DNA of 64,000 nt from Treponemataceae bacterium (GCA_963667725.2 CAXXHO010000003.1:864001-928000), one strand, 5' to 3'; numbered from the stretch's first letter, positions 46,997 through 56,457 are shown. The notes: generated by a model from the letters alone, not told the origin. Translations and numbers: made by a program.

Positions 46997-48165
46997 AAAC
47001 ATACGATATCATAATAGCCGGCGCCGGCTCGATCGGTGTCCCTCTCTCATGGCAGCTCGCCGAGCGCGGCCTCAAAGTGGCGGTCATCGACCAGGAAGCC
47101 TCCTGGGGCAGGGGACAGAACCGGGCTGCCATCGGCGGCCTGCGCGCGACCCATTCCGACGCCGCCAAAATCAGGATTTGCCTCGAATCCATCAAGATCG
47201 TATCGACCATGAAGGAAGAGCACGGTCTCGATATCGAATGGCTGAAGGGCGGCTACCTCTACATTGCCTACGACGAGGCCACGCGCGCTTCTTTCCTCAA
47301 TCTTCTGAAGTTGCAGAAGGAAGCGGGACTGGACATCGACTGGGTCGACCCCGACGCCGTGGAAAGGCTGTCGCCGGGCATCAACCGCGAAGGTCTCCTT
47401 GGCGGCACTTTCAGCCCCGGGGACGGCTTCGCCTCTCCGCTGATGGCGGGAACGGCCTATCACAAGCTGGCGCTGGACGCGGGCGTCGATTTTTTCTTCA
47501 ACACGAGAATCGAGAGCGTGAATATGGAGACGGATCGGGTAACGAGCCTGTCGGCGGGCGGCGAAACCTGGAGCGCGCCGCTCTTCATAAACGCTGCGGG
47601 CGCCGAAGCAGCCGACCTGGCCAGCCTGGCCGGCGTGGACATCCCGATTCATCCCGACTGCCACGAGGCGGGCGTCACCGAGCCAGTACAGCGCTTCATG
47701 GAACCCATGGTCGTGGATATCAGGCCGGATTCCGAATCAGGTAACTACTATTTCTATCAGGCAGGCACTGGACAGGTCGTCTTCTGCATCACTCCGCGGC
47801 CGCAGATATGGGGAAGGGACAAGGGTTCCACATCGAGCTTCCTTCCGCTCTGCGTGCGGCGTATGCTCGAACTCTATCCGCGCCTGCGCAATCTGAGGGT
47901 GCGGCGCACCTGGCGCGGCATGTATCCGATGACGCCTGACGGCCTTCCCATCATCGGCTATCCCGAAAAGGCGAAGAATTTCCTCCAGGCGGTCGGGATG
48001 TGCGGTCAGGGCTTCATGATGGGGCCCGGCGTGGGCAAGATACTCGCCGAATCGATCGCTTCCGGCGGCGATTTCTCGAGGCCAGCGGGAAGCACAGGCT
48101 ATGGCTTCGTGTTCGACGAGCTTTCCTGCACGAGAGGCTTCGATCATGTGGAACTTCTGAAATAG
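46993..48165 (+). CDS. FAD-dependent amino-acid oxidoreductase (DAO / sarcosine oxidase beta family)
   Basis: GAGSIG, INAAG, RTWRGMYPMTPDGLPIIG, GQGFMMGP; ATGA overlap. Confidence 0.85.
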   Translation: MKTYDIIIAGAGSIGVPLSWQLAERGLKVAVIDQEASWGRGQNRAAIGGLRATHSDAAKIRICLESIKIVSTMKEEHGLDIEWLKGGYLYIAYDEATRASFLNLLKLQKEAGLDIDWVDPDAVERLSPGINREGLLGGTFSPGDGFASPLMAGTAYHKLALDAGVDFFFNTRIESVNMETDRVTSLSAGGETWSAPLFINAAGAEAADLASLAGVDIPIHPDCHEAGVTEPVQRFMEPMVVDIRPDSESGNYYFYQAGTGQVVFCITPRPQIWGRDKGSTSSFLPLCVRRMLELYPRLRNLRVRRTWRGMYPMTPDGLPIIGYPEKAKNFLQAVGMCGQGFMMGPGVGKILAESIASGGDFSRPAGSTGYGFVFDELSCTRGFDHVELLK

Positions 48166-48187
48166 GCCGAACTATTGGTCTTTTCTC

Positions 48188-48236
48188 TTGACTGTTTTTC
48201 TCCGCTATGGCATATTCCTAGTATTCCCATAGGAAT
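48188..48236 (+). promoter_or_regulatory. Promoter with Rrf2-type palindromic operator
   Basis: TTGACT-17-CATATT; ATTCCTA-N9-TAGGAAT (48214-48236) overlapping -10/+1. Confidence 0.65.
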
Positions 48237-48255
48237 TAAGGAGAAAACAGCCTCG

Positions 48256-48684
48256 ATGTTCCAAGTCCCTGTCAAAACCCAGTATGCCATCAGGGCTTTA
48301 GTGCATCTGGCCCGCAAGGGCGGCGACAGCGCCTCGAAAATAGCCGAAGCGGAAGCTATCTCCCCCAAATACCTTGAAGGAATCCTCAGCCAGCTGAAAT
48401 TGGCGGGCATCGTCATTTCGGACAGGGGGCGTTCGGGCGGCTACCATCTGTCGCGCGAAGCCTCGGAAATCAAAATGATCGATATCGTCAGGGCGACTGA
48501 AGGCGAAGTCAGGCCCGTGGAGTGCGTCGACGACAGGAATGTCTGTTCCATGGGAGCCATCTGCATGCCGCGTAAATTCTGGCTCGGTCTCAAGGACGCG
48601 GTGGATGGCTATCTCTCGTCGGTATCGCTCGGGGATCTCGCGGAAGATCACTTCATCGCCATCGGCAAAATAGAAGGAGAATAA
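48256..48684 (+). CDS. Rrf2-family regulator (IscR-like, three Cys)
   Basis: YAIRAL..LA, YLE.IL..LK.AG.V.S.RG.SGGY, ECVDDRNVCSMGAIC...W. Confidence 0.88.
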   Translation: MFQVPVKTQYAIRALVHLARKGGDSASKIAEAEAISPKYLEGILSQLKLAGIVISDRGRSGGYHLSREASEIKMIDIVRATEGEVRPVECVDDRNVCSMGAICMPRKFWLGLKDAVDGYLSSVSLGDLAEDHFIAIGKIEGE

Positions 48685-48687
48685 ATC

Positions 48688-49878
48688 ATGCCCCAGCATT
48701 TCGTGTACATGGATTACAACGCCACGACCCCTTTACGCCCCGAAGTCAAGGACATCATGGTAAAGGCGCTCGATATATACGCCAACGCTTCGAGCATGCA
48801 TGAGGCTGGCAGACGGGCTCGGGCCGAAATAGAGCAGGCCAGGGCATCAGTGGCGGCGATCATCGGCGCGGCCGATTCCTCTTCCGTCTATTTCACGTCT
48901 GGCGGCTCCGAATCCAACAACACGGTCTTCATGACGATGTACGACATAGGACGCAGAACGCCCTCCCGCAGGAAGATCATCACGACCTCGATCGAGCATC
49001 CCTGCGTCATGAATTCCGCGGCCTATCTGGCCTCCGAGGGATTTCCCGTCGTCTACCTTCCCGTGGACGCCTATGGGCGAGTCGACATGGAAGCGTACAG
49101 GAAGGAACTCACTCCCGATACGCTCCTCGTGTCCGTGATGGCGGCGAACAACGAAATCGGCACCGTCGAGGACATCAGGACGATAGCGAAAATGGCGAAG
49201 GCCGTCGGAGCCTACGTCCATACAGACGCCACCCAGGCGATCGGCAAGATCTCGGTCTCCGTCGAAGACTGGGGCGTGGATTACCTCACCATGTCCTGCC
49301 ATAAAATCTACGGACCGAAAGGCATCGGCGCCCTCTATGTCAGGCCTCGATCGCCCATCGTCCCGCTCATACGCGGCGGACACCAGGAAAACGGCGTGAG
49401 GGCGGGCACCTACAACAACCTCGGCATCATAGGGTTCGGCAAAGCGGCCGAGCTCGCGCTCAAGGACCTACCGGAGTTTTCCGCCAGGCTGCGTTCCCTT
49501 CGCGCCATGCTCAAGGACGGCCTCGTGGCCAGGATTCCTCATGTTAAAGTGAATGGACATCCGACGGAGGTGCTGCCCAATACCTTGAATATCTCATTCC
49601 CCGGCGCAGAGGGCGAATCCATTCTTCTGTCCCTGGACCTGGAAGGCATCCAGGTTTCCACGGGTTCAGCCTGCGCATCGGGCAGCCTCGAGCCCTCCCA
49701 TGTTCTCCTGGCGACGGGCGTCGGACCCGAACTGGCTCATGGTTCGATCCGCTTTTCGCTGGGCAAGTACACGACAGAAGAAGAAGTGCGTTATGTGATC
49801 GAGAAATTGCCCCCGATCATCGAAAGGCTCAGGAGAATGTCGACGGTGTCGGCGACCGAGACCGCGGCCGTCAATTGA
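48688..49878 (+). CDS. iscS: Cysteine desulfurase (NifS/IscS)
   Basis: YMDYNATT, FTSGGSES, IEHP, ANNEIG, HTDATQ, HKIYGPKG, STGSACASG. Confidence 0.92.
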   Translation: MPQHFVYMDYNATTPLRPEVKDIMVKALDIYANASSMHEAGRRARAEIEQARASVAAIIGAADSSSVYFTSGGSESNNTVFMTMYDIGRRTPSRRKIITTSIEHPCVMNSAAYLASEGFPVVYLPVDAYGRVDMEAYRKELTPDTLLVSVMAANNEIGTVEDIRTIAKMAKAVGAYVHTDATQAIGKISVSVEDWGVDYLTMSCHKIYGPKGIGALYVRPRSPIVPLIRGGHQENGVRAGTYNNLGIIGFGKAAELALKDLPEFSARLRSLRAMLKDGLVARIPHVKVNGHPTEVLPNTLNISFPGAEGESILLSLDLEGIQVSTGSACASGSLEPSHVLLATGVGPELAHGSIRFSLGKYTTEEEVRYVIEKLPPIIERLRRMSTVSATETAAVN

Positions 49879-49924
49879 TCGCCGCCTGAAACAATAAGCG
49901 AAAAACAGCGAAAAGGAGAATGCT

Positions 49925-50521
49925 ATGGACACATTCCAGTGGCTATATACGGATACCGTAAAAGATCATTTCATGAACCCTAGGAACGTTTTCAACCCCG
50001 ACGAGGCCTTTGTGGCCGACGCCGAAGGAGTTGTGGGCAATATACGATGCGGCGACCAGATGATGTTCCTGCTCAAGATAAAAGACGACGTCATCGCGGA
50101 CGTGCGCTGGAAGACCTATGGCTGCGCTTCGGCAATAGCCAGCACCTCCATGCTTTCGGAATCCATCAAAGGCATGAAGCTCAGGCAGGCATATGGCATC
50201 AAGCCGGCCGACATAGCCGCGAAACTGGGCGGACTGCCCGACAACAAGATTCACTGCTCGGTTCTGGGCGACAAGGCGCTGCGCGCGGCCATCGACCAGT
50301 ACCTCGAAAAGAACGGCAGGGCGGGGGAGTTCAAGGGCGAAGATGCCGTGGTTATCTGCAAATGCCTCAACATCACCGATAAGGATATCGAGACGGCGGT
50401 GAAGGCAGGGGCGAGGGACTGGCACCAGCTTCAGGAAGCCACCAAGATAGGCACCGTATGCGGTGAATGCAAAACCAAGGCCGAAGAACTTCTCCACGAG
50501 TTCGCGCATATCTATTCCTGA
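49925..50521 (+). CDS. nifU: Fe-S scaffold (IscU domain + BFD-like 2Fe-2S; NifU lacking the Nfu domain)
   Basis: HFMNPRN, CGD, GCASAIAS, KIHCS, then CKC...TKIGTVCGEC. Confidence 0.85.
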   Translation: MDTFQWLYTDTVKDHFMNPRNVFNPDEAFVADAEGVVGNIRCGDQMMFLLKIKDDVIADVRWKTYGCASAIASTSMLSESIKGMKLRQAYGIKPADIAAKLGGLPDNKIHCSVLGDKALRAAIDQYLEKNGRAGEFKGEDAVVICKCLNITDKDIETAVKAGARDWHQLQEATKIGTVCGECKTKAEELLHEFAHIYS

Positions 50522-50550
50522 ACTCGGCCGAGCGTTCCGGAAATCCATCA

Positions 50551-51402
50551 ATGAAAAACAAGACCGTCCCGGAAGCCGCCCCCGCGATGGGTGCCCGCGA
50601 AGCGGACGCGTTTCGGGCGCTCGTCTATAAAAACGCCGCCGCCTGCTGGCGCGAGCTGCCATGGAGGCGGGACGCCGATCCTTACGCGATAATGGTTTCG
50701 GAAATGATGCTTCAGCAGACGCAGGTGCCGAGGGTAGTCCCGAAGTATCTTTCGTGGATGGAACGCTTCCCCGAGATCGGAAGCCTCGCGGCGGCGCCCG
50801 CCGATGAAATCCTGCGGTTCTGGAGCGGCCTCGGCTACAACAGGAGGGCGCTGGCCCTCCACCGGAGCGGCCAGATCATCGCCAAGGATTTTGGAGGCCG
50901 TGTTCCCCAGGACGAAGCCGCGCTGCGCTCCCTGCCGGGCATCGGCGTCTATACTTCCCGCGCGATACTCGCCTTCGCCTTCGACAGGCCGACGGTATTC
51001 CTGGAAACCAATATACGCACCGTTCTTTTGAAGCATTTTTTCCCGGAAGAGACCGGCGTCTCCGACAGGGCTCTTGAAGGCATAGCGGCCCAGGTCCTCG
51101 ACGTGGCCGCGCCGCGTCGCTGGTACACGGCCCTCATGGATTACGGCTCCGAGCTCAAGCGAATCGAGGGCAACCATTCTGTGCGCGGCGCGGCCTATAA
51201 AAAACAGGCGCCCTTCGCCACATCGTTCAGGCGCGTGCGGGGCGCCGTCCTCAGGCGACTCGTCGAAAGCAAAAAAGTGGCGATCGAAGAACTCTACCTC
51301 ACGCTTCCCTTTTCGCGCGAAAACATCGAAAAATGCGCTTCGGCCCTCGTCAAAGAAGGCTTCGCCGCCTACGAGGGCGACAGCCTTAAAATCTCCGGCT
51401 GA
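50551..51402 (+). CDS. mutY: A/G-specific adenine glycosylase-like HhH-GPD protein without Fe-S motif
   Basis: RELPWR, PY.I.VSE.MLQQT, W.GLGYNRRA, LPGIG.YT, ALMDYG; no Cys-X6-Cys-X2-Cys-X5-Cys. Confidence 0.8.
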   Translation: MKNKTVPEAAPAMGAREADAFRALVYKNAAACWRELPWRRDADPYAIMVSEMMLQQTQVPRVVPKYLSWMERFPEIGSLAAAPADEILRFWSGLGYNRRALALHRSGQIIAKDFGGRVPQDEAALRSLPGIGVYTSRAILAFAFDRPTVFLETNIRTVLLKHFFPEETGVSDRALEGIAAQVLDVAAPRRWYTALMDYGSELKRIEGNHSVRGAAYKKQAPFATSFRRVRGAVLRRLVESKKVAIEELYLTLPFSRENIEKCASALVKEGFAAYEGDSLKISG

Positions 51403-51408
51403 AGACGA

Positions 51409-52728
51409 TCAGACCTTTTTCCCGAAAATACCCGAGAAAAATTTCATGATGCCGTCCCAGACGCGCCTGAAGATATTGCCGTGGGGAATATCGGCCGAAG
51501 TCACGAGATCGATGGCCGAAACGTCGCGCTGGCCCAGCGAATAGACTATCCTTCCGAGTTTCGTGCCCTTCGCGAGGGGGGCGTCGGCGTAAGGCTGCGC
51601 CTCGACGCGCATCCTCAGGGATTCGGACTGCGAGCGCGGAACCGTGACGGCATTCGTCCTCGCGGGAACGAGCTCGGCCCTTCTTACGTTGCCGAACCAG
51701 GTCCTGGGACTTGGAATGACGCCCGGATCGAGACTGATCGTCGAAAAGTTATCGAAAGCCCAGTCGAGGAGACGCGTGGTGTCAGCCGTGCGCTGACGCC
51801 CCCCGCCCGCGTAGGACGAGCCGGTGCCGCCGAGGGTCACGGCGATGAAACGGGTGCCGTCGCGCTCGGCGGTGGCTGCCATGTTGAAGCCCACTTCGAT
51901 GATGTAGCCGGTTTTGAGCCCATCCGCCCCGTCATAGCTGAATATGAGCGGATTGCGGTTGTATTGAACGATCCTGCCTTCGGGCACGAAGCCTGGCGCC
52001 GCGTGTTCGGCGCGGGGGAACTCGATGGACTTGACCGAGTGCAGTTCCCGCAGGGCCTGAGGATGCAGCTCCAGGTATTTTTTGCAGAAGAGGGCGAACT
52101 GACGGGCCGAGACGAGGTTGAACTCCGAGAGCCCCGAAGGTTCCTCGAATTTCAGATGGTCAAAACCCATGTCCTGTACCGTCTTGTTCATGAGCGCGGC
52201 GAAAGCCTCGTTGGAGCCCGCGATCCGCCGCGCCAGGGCATAGGCGGCGTCGTTGCCAGAGACCACGGCCGCGCCGAGCATGAGGTCGCGGATCGATACC
52301 TTCATCTTGGGATGGAGATACATGATCGACGAGCCGTAGGGAATGATCGGCGAACAGTCCCTGCGGTCTATCTCGACGAGTTCGTCGGGCGAAAGACGGC
52401 CGGCCGCTATCTCCTCGTAGACGAGGTGGAGCGTGACCAGCTTGGTCAGGCTCGCGGGGGGCAGGGAAATGTCGGGATTCTTGGCGTAGAGAAGGGTTCC
52501 CGTCCTTGCGTCGATGAGGACGGCCGAACGGGCGTTCACCGAGGGCGCCTGGGAAATGCCCGCCGATTCGGTGGCGGGAAGCCGGCTGGACTGGGCCGTC
52601 AGTTTGAGGGGAATGGCGAAAAGGAGGGCCAGGACGGCGGCCGCCGCCAAGGTTCTGGCCGCCGACATGCCCTTCCTCGCCATCCCGCGAGCATGGAATT
52701 CGGGCATCGCTTGTGTGTCGTAATTCAT
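51409..52728 (-). CDS. D-alanyl-D-alanine carboxypeptidase (peptidase S11)
   Basis: PASLTK (SxxK), SGN, GLKTG, C-terminal PBP5-like domain; start uncertain. Confidence 0.88.
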   Translation of the reverse strand: MNYDTQAMPEFHARGMARKGMSAARTLAAAAVLALLFAIPLKLTAQSSRLPATESAGISQAPSVNARSAVLIDARTGTLLYAKNPDISLPPASLTKLVTLHLVYEEIAAGRLSPDELVEIDRRDCSPIIPYGSSIMYLHPKMKVSIRDLMLGAAVVSGNDAAYALARRIAGSNEAFAALMNKTVQDMGFDHLKFEEPSGLSEFNLVSARQFALFCKKYLELHPQALRELHSVKSIEFPRAEHAAPGFVPEGRIVQYNRNPLIFSYDGADGLKTGYIIEVGFNMAATAERDGTRFIAVTLGGTGSSYAGGGRQRTADTTRLLDWAFDNFSTISLDPGVIPSPRTWFGNVRRAELVPARTNAVTVPRSQSESLRMRVEAQPYADAPLAKGTKLGRIVYSLGQRDVSAIDLVTSADIPHGNIFRRVWDGIMKFFSGIFGKKV

Positions 52729-52744
52729 CGGGTTTTCCGGGATC

Positions 52745-54139
52745 TCAGAAATCTGCTTGTCTGGGCGCTCTCGGGAAGGGAATGACATCCCTGATATTGG
52801 TCATGCCAGTGACGTAGAGCAGCAGGCGCTCGAAGCCCAGGCCGAATCCCGCGTGAGGCGTGGAGCCGAAGCGTCGAAGGTCGAGGTACCACTTGTAGGA
52901 GTCGAGGTTGAGGCCGCCGTCCACGATGCGCTTCTGCAGGAGGTCGAGGCGCCACTCGCGCTCGGAGCCGCCCATGATCTCGCCGAAACGCGGCACGAGG
53001 ACATCCATGGCGGCGACAGTCTTGCCGTCGTCGTTCTGCTTCATGTAGAAGGCCTTGATCTCCTTGGGATAATCGGTGACGACGAGGGGGCCGCCCACCA
53101 CTTTTTCCGTGAGGAACTTTTCGTGCTCGCTCTGGAGGTCGCAGCCCCAGTAGGGGTCGAATTCGAAGACGCCCTTGTGCTTTTCCAGTTCCTTGACGGC
53201 CTCGGTGTAGGTCATGCGCGAGAAGGAGCCCTTGGCGACCTTCGTGAGGTCGTCGATGAGCCCTGGCTGGATTCGGGCGTCGAAGAAGGCGAGATCCTCG
53301 GAACAGTCCTTGAGCGCGACCTTGACGAGATAGAGGAGGAAATCCCGCGCGAGGGCGATGTCATCCTCCAGCTCGGCGAAGGCGATTTCCGGCTCTATCA
53401 TCCAGAACTCGGAAAGGTGCCTTGTCGTGTTGGAATTTTCGGCCCTGAACGTCGGCCCGAAGGTGTAGACGCGGTTCATGGACTGGCAGTAGGTCTCGAC
53501 GTTGAGCTGGCCCGAAACAGTGAGGAAGGCGGGCTTGCCGAAGAAGTCCTTGTCGTAGTCCACCGGACCACCCGCCGCCGCGATGCGGTCGAGATCGAGG
53601 GTCGTCACCTGGAACATCGCGCCGGCGCCCTCGGCGTCCGACGCCGTTATGAGGGGCGTGTGCACGTAGAAAAAGCCCCTCTCCTGGAAGAACTGGTGAA
53701 CGGCGAAGGCCATCCTGTTCCTGACGCGGGCCACAGCGCCGAAGGTGTTCGTGCGCGGCCTCAGGTGAGCCATCTCGCGGAGGAATTCCATGGAATGGGC
53801 TTTTTTCTGGAGAGGGTAGGTGTCGGCCGGAGCTTCGCCTATGACTTCCAGGGAAGAAGCCTTCACCTCGAGCTTCTGGCCGGTGCCGGGGGAGACGATG
53901 AGCGTTCCTTCGACGCTGACGCTGGCGCCCGTCGTCGTGCGCTCGAATTCGGCGGCCAGGGCGGGCTTCGCGACCTTCTCCTCGTCGAAAACGCACTGTA
54001 TATTCGTCATGCAGGAACCATCATTGATCTCCACGAACACGGCGGATTTGGTCTGCCTCTTCGTGCGCACCCAGCCCTTCACGGTGACGTGCTGGCCTTC
54101 GAGCTTCGATGATAAAAGTTCCTTCACGGTTGGAATCAT
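52745..54139 (-). CDS. asnS: Asparagine--tRNA ligase
   Basis: GWVRT.R, INDGS, YPLQKK, HLRPRTN, LTVSGQL, FRAENSNT.RHL.EFWMIEPE, GLGFER. Confidence 0.96.
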   Translation of the reverse strand: MIPTVKELLSSKLEGQHVTVKGWVRTKRQTKSAVFVEINDGSCMTNIQCVFDEEKVAKPALAAEFERTTTGASVSVEGTLIVSPGTGQKLEVKASSLEVIGEAPADTYPLQKKAHSMEFLREMAHLRPRTNTFGAVARVRNRMAFAVHQFFQERGFFYVHTPLITASDAEGAGAMFQVTTLDLDRIAAAGGPVDYDKDFFGKPAFLTVSGQLNVETYCQSMNRVYTFGPTFRAENSNTTRHLSEFWMIEPEIAFAELEDDIALARDFLLYLVKVALKDCSEDLAFFDARIQPGLIDDLTKVAKGSFSRMTYTEAVKELEKHKGVFEFDPYWGCDLQSEHEKFLTEKVVGGPLVVTDYPKEIKAFYMKQNDDGKTVAAMDVLVPRFGEIMGGSEREWRLDLLQKRIVDGGLNLDSYKWYLDLRRFGSTPHAGFGLGFERLLLYVTGMTNIRDVIPFPRAPRQADF

Positions 54140-54274
54140 GGGTATCTCCATAAGAGCATGCAAATTTTATGCATGATACTCTGTCTGAGGCATAAAATCT
54201 ATATACGGTGACGGGATTTTTTCCCCTCGATGTTGTCGGTCGCTTCCCCGATGTGGTACTATAGACGTGAGATA

Positions 54275-54814
54275 ATGCTTTTTATGTCTCGCACGAGGAC
54301 AACCTTGAAATACAGCCTTCCCGTCGCTTACGTTCTCTGGGCCATCTCCGGATGCGGAGCCTTGGGCTTGCATAGATTCTATCTCGGCAAAGCCGGAACG
54401 GGCTTTATCTGGCTGCTCACCGGCGGCTTGGCCGGAATGGGATGCATCTACGACCTCTTCACCCTGCCCAGGCAGGTACAGGACGCCAATATGCGGAACG
54501 ACGCCCAGGCCTTTCTCGCGCAAGGCGCCTCGGCCGCCAGGGACCCGTATCTCCATACCGATGGTCTTTCCTACAGGCGCGTGGAACCGGCCGAAAAAAC
54601 CATCTTGAGGGTTGCCCGGAAAAACGGCGGACAAGTGACCCCCGGCGAGGTGGCCATCGAAGGCGACATCTCCGTGGAGGAGGCGCGCAAGGAGTTGGAC
54701 AAGCTTGCCAAGAACGGCATGGCCGAAGTCCGCGTCCGCTCCTCCGGCGTCGTCGTCTACTACTTTCCCGAGTTCGCCGACAACAACAAATCCGATTTCG
54801 TGGATCTGGGCTGA
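54275..54814 (+). CDS. TM2 (NINE) domain membrane protein with C-terminal winged-helix-like domain
   Basis: AYVLW...[26 protein letters not shown]; start 54275 or 54284. Confidence 0.75.
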   Translation: MLFMSRTRTTLKYSLPVAYVLWAISGCGALGLHRFYLGKAGTGFIWLLTGGLAGMGCIYDLFTLPRQVQDANMRNDAQAFLAQGASAARDPYLHTDGLSYRRVEPAEKTILRVARKNGGQVTPGEVAIEGDISVEEARKELDKLAKNGMAEVRVRSSGVVVYYFPEFADNNKSDFVDLG

Positions 54815-54840
54815 AGTCAACGTCCGCCTTCGCCCGAACG

Positions 54841-54867
54841 AAAGAGGTCCCTCGCGGGACCTCTTTT
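54841..54867. terminator. Bidirectional terminator
   Basis: AAAGAGGTCCC-tcgc-GGGACCTCTTTT. Confidence 0.82.
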
Positions 54868-54892
54868 ATATTTTGGAATCGATCTGTTGTCC

Positions 54893-55861
54893 TTAGGGGC
54901 CTGGATTGTCGTAGAGAACGAGATCTCCGGTGCCGCCGGAGATGTGCGGCAGGAAATCCCACTCATCCGGATAGAATGAATACGCATAGTCAATGTTCCA
55001 GTTTTTTCTTATCTGTTGTTTCGTGTAGGCATAGGCCTCATTGACCGTCACGTAGCCATCCCCATCGACATCGCCGGATTCGGCCGCCTCTAAAAGGTAG
55101 TTCGTGAATACCCCCTGCTGCACTGCGCCGTCTTCCCAGGATACTTCCTCCGAACCGGAAGCGCTCAACGCGAGTACCTCCTGGTCTCCATATGTCGAAA
55201 GGTTGTCCGCAACCATGGCGCCGAATTTCGAGAGCGCCCCCAGGAGAAGGGTTTTATCCCATGTCTGGTAGTTATACTGGCTGTAGTCGGCCTGGGCTGT
55301 GTCCACGGAACCATTGCCCAAGGTGAAGCCGCCCGAATAGCAAGAATCTAGGATTAGCATCCTGTGTTTTGCGGGAACCGCCGCGAGCCAATTTGTCAGG
55401 GTGGCAGGGGTGATCCATTTCGCATCGACAGGCCATGTGACGTCGTAGGGGAGAATGTATGCTGTTCCTGTGGCTTCGTCGATGGAACCATGTCCAGAAT
55501 AGTACACAAGGATGGTTGCACTCGGATCTGTTGATAAAGCTTCAATATGCGTTTTTATACTGGCATAGGTGGCCTCGCTGTTGATGAGGGTGGTCACCGA
55601 GGTCCAACCTTGAGCTTCTAACATTGCCTTCATACCAGTGGCGTCGTCATCTGGATATTTAAGATCGGGGGTCACTGTCTGATAATCCTGGACCCCAATG
55701 AGCAGCGCATACCGGTTCGTCGGCGTGGTCAGCCCACTGGAGGGTATCGAACATCCGGCGAGGATCGTTCCGAGCGACAGGATGAAGATGAGGGCGATCG
55801 AGGCTCCGGCGCCTCGGTACGGAGAGGAACGTGTCCGTCGAATTTTTACCTTACCAGTCAT
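54893..55861 (-). CDS. Caspase-family (peptidase C14) lipoprotein
   Basis: Lipobox LAGC; YALLIGV.DY, L.YP..DA, YSGHG, LDSCYSG, GVFT.YLLE, DVDGDGYVTVNE. Confidence 0.85.
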   Translation of the reverse strand: MTGKVKIRRTRSSPYRGAGASIALIFILSLGTILAGCSIPSSGLTTPTNRYALLIGVQDYQTVTPDLKYPDDDATGMKAMLEAQGWTSVTTLINSEATYASIKTHIEALSTDPSATILVYYSGHGSIDEATGTAYILPYDVTWPVDAKWITPATLTNWLAAVPAKHRMLILDSCYSGGFTLGNGSVDTAQADYSQYNYQTWDKTLLLGALSKFGAMVADNLSTYGDQEVLALSASGSEEVSWEDGAVQQGVFTNYLLEAAESGDVDGDGYVTVNEAYAYTKQQIRKNWNIDYAYSFYPDEWDFLPHISGGTGDLVLYDNPGP

Positions 55862-56457
55862 TTGGACGCTCCCTTGGACAGCTGAAATCCGATTCCGATT
55901 TCAAGCCCGACAGACATGGTTCGCGCGGTGCCGCGGAACATATATTCCACCGGCATGGACGCGAAAATGTTAAGCTCATGCCCATGGAGAAAAGGAAGGG
56001 AAAGTGGCTGGAGGAAACGCGCTTCGCCGACAAGCGAAGCGTAGGCGGTCACGACGCTGAGGCCCGTGAATCGGGAGGCAGACAAGGCCCCTCCCGCGAG
56101 GAAATCCAGCTCGCCCGAACCGACGGGAACCCGCAGTCCCGTCATCGCCGCGAGCCGATAGCCCCAGAAAGCGCGGTATCTAAAGAGCGTCGGATCCCAG
56201 GCCGAGGCGCCGATGGAATAAACACCCAGCTCGCCTCGTATCGGTATCCAATAATTCATGACCAGTTCCACACCTGTGCCGATGCCGAAGCCGTACGCGG
56301 GCAGGAGAGCGACATCTGAGCCGTAGCCGGGAGCGTAGAGGGCTCCGCCCGAAAGATCGGCTCGCCATGGGGAAGCCGCGACGGGCAGCACTGCCATGAA
56401 AGTCGTCACGATGAAAAAAATGACCGGCACAAAGATATGCCGACGGTTATTCGCCAT
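55858..56457 (-). CDS. Exported hypothetical protein, probable outer-membrane beta-barrel
   Basis: Signal peptide; Gly/aromatic amphipathic strands; ATGA overlap with the caspase gene. Confidence 0.55.
   Translation of the reverse strand: MANNRRHIFVPVIFFIVTTFMAVLPVAASPWRADLSGGALYAPGYGSDVALLPAYGFGIGTGVELVMNYWIPIRGELGVYSIGASAWDPTLFRYRAFWGYRLAAMTGLRVPVGSGELDFLAGGALSASRFTGLSVVTAYASLVGEARFLQPLSLPFLHGHELNIFASMPVEYMFRGTARTMSVGLEIGIGFQLSKGASK

Noticed and set aside
14273..50521. Selenocysteine read-through at TGA stops of redox genes (rhodanese, reductase, nifU)
   Set aside because: The stops fall at natural domain ends and no in-frame TGA aligns with a catalytic Cys
52757..54112. 451-aa ORF antisense to asnS (also 2753-4816, 5516-6622, 12796-13875, 31160-32356, 51481-52785 and others)
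   Set aside because: Shadow ORFs expected opposite genes with high GC3; no recognisable motifs and fully overlapping well-supported genes
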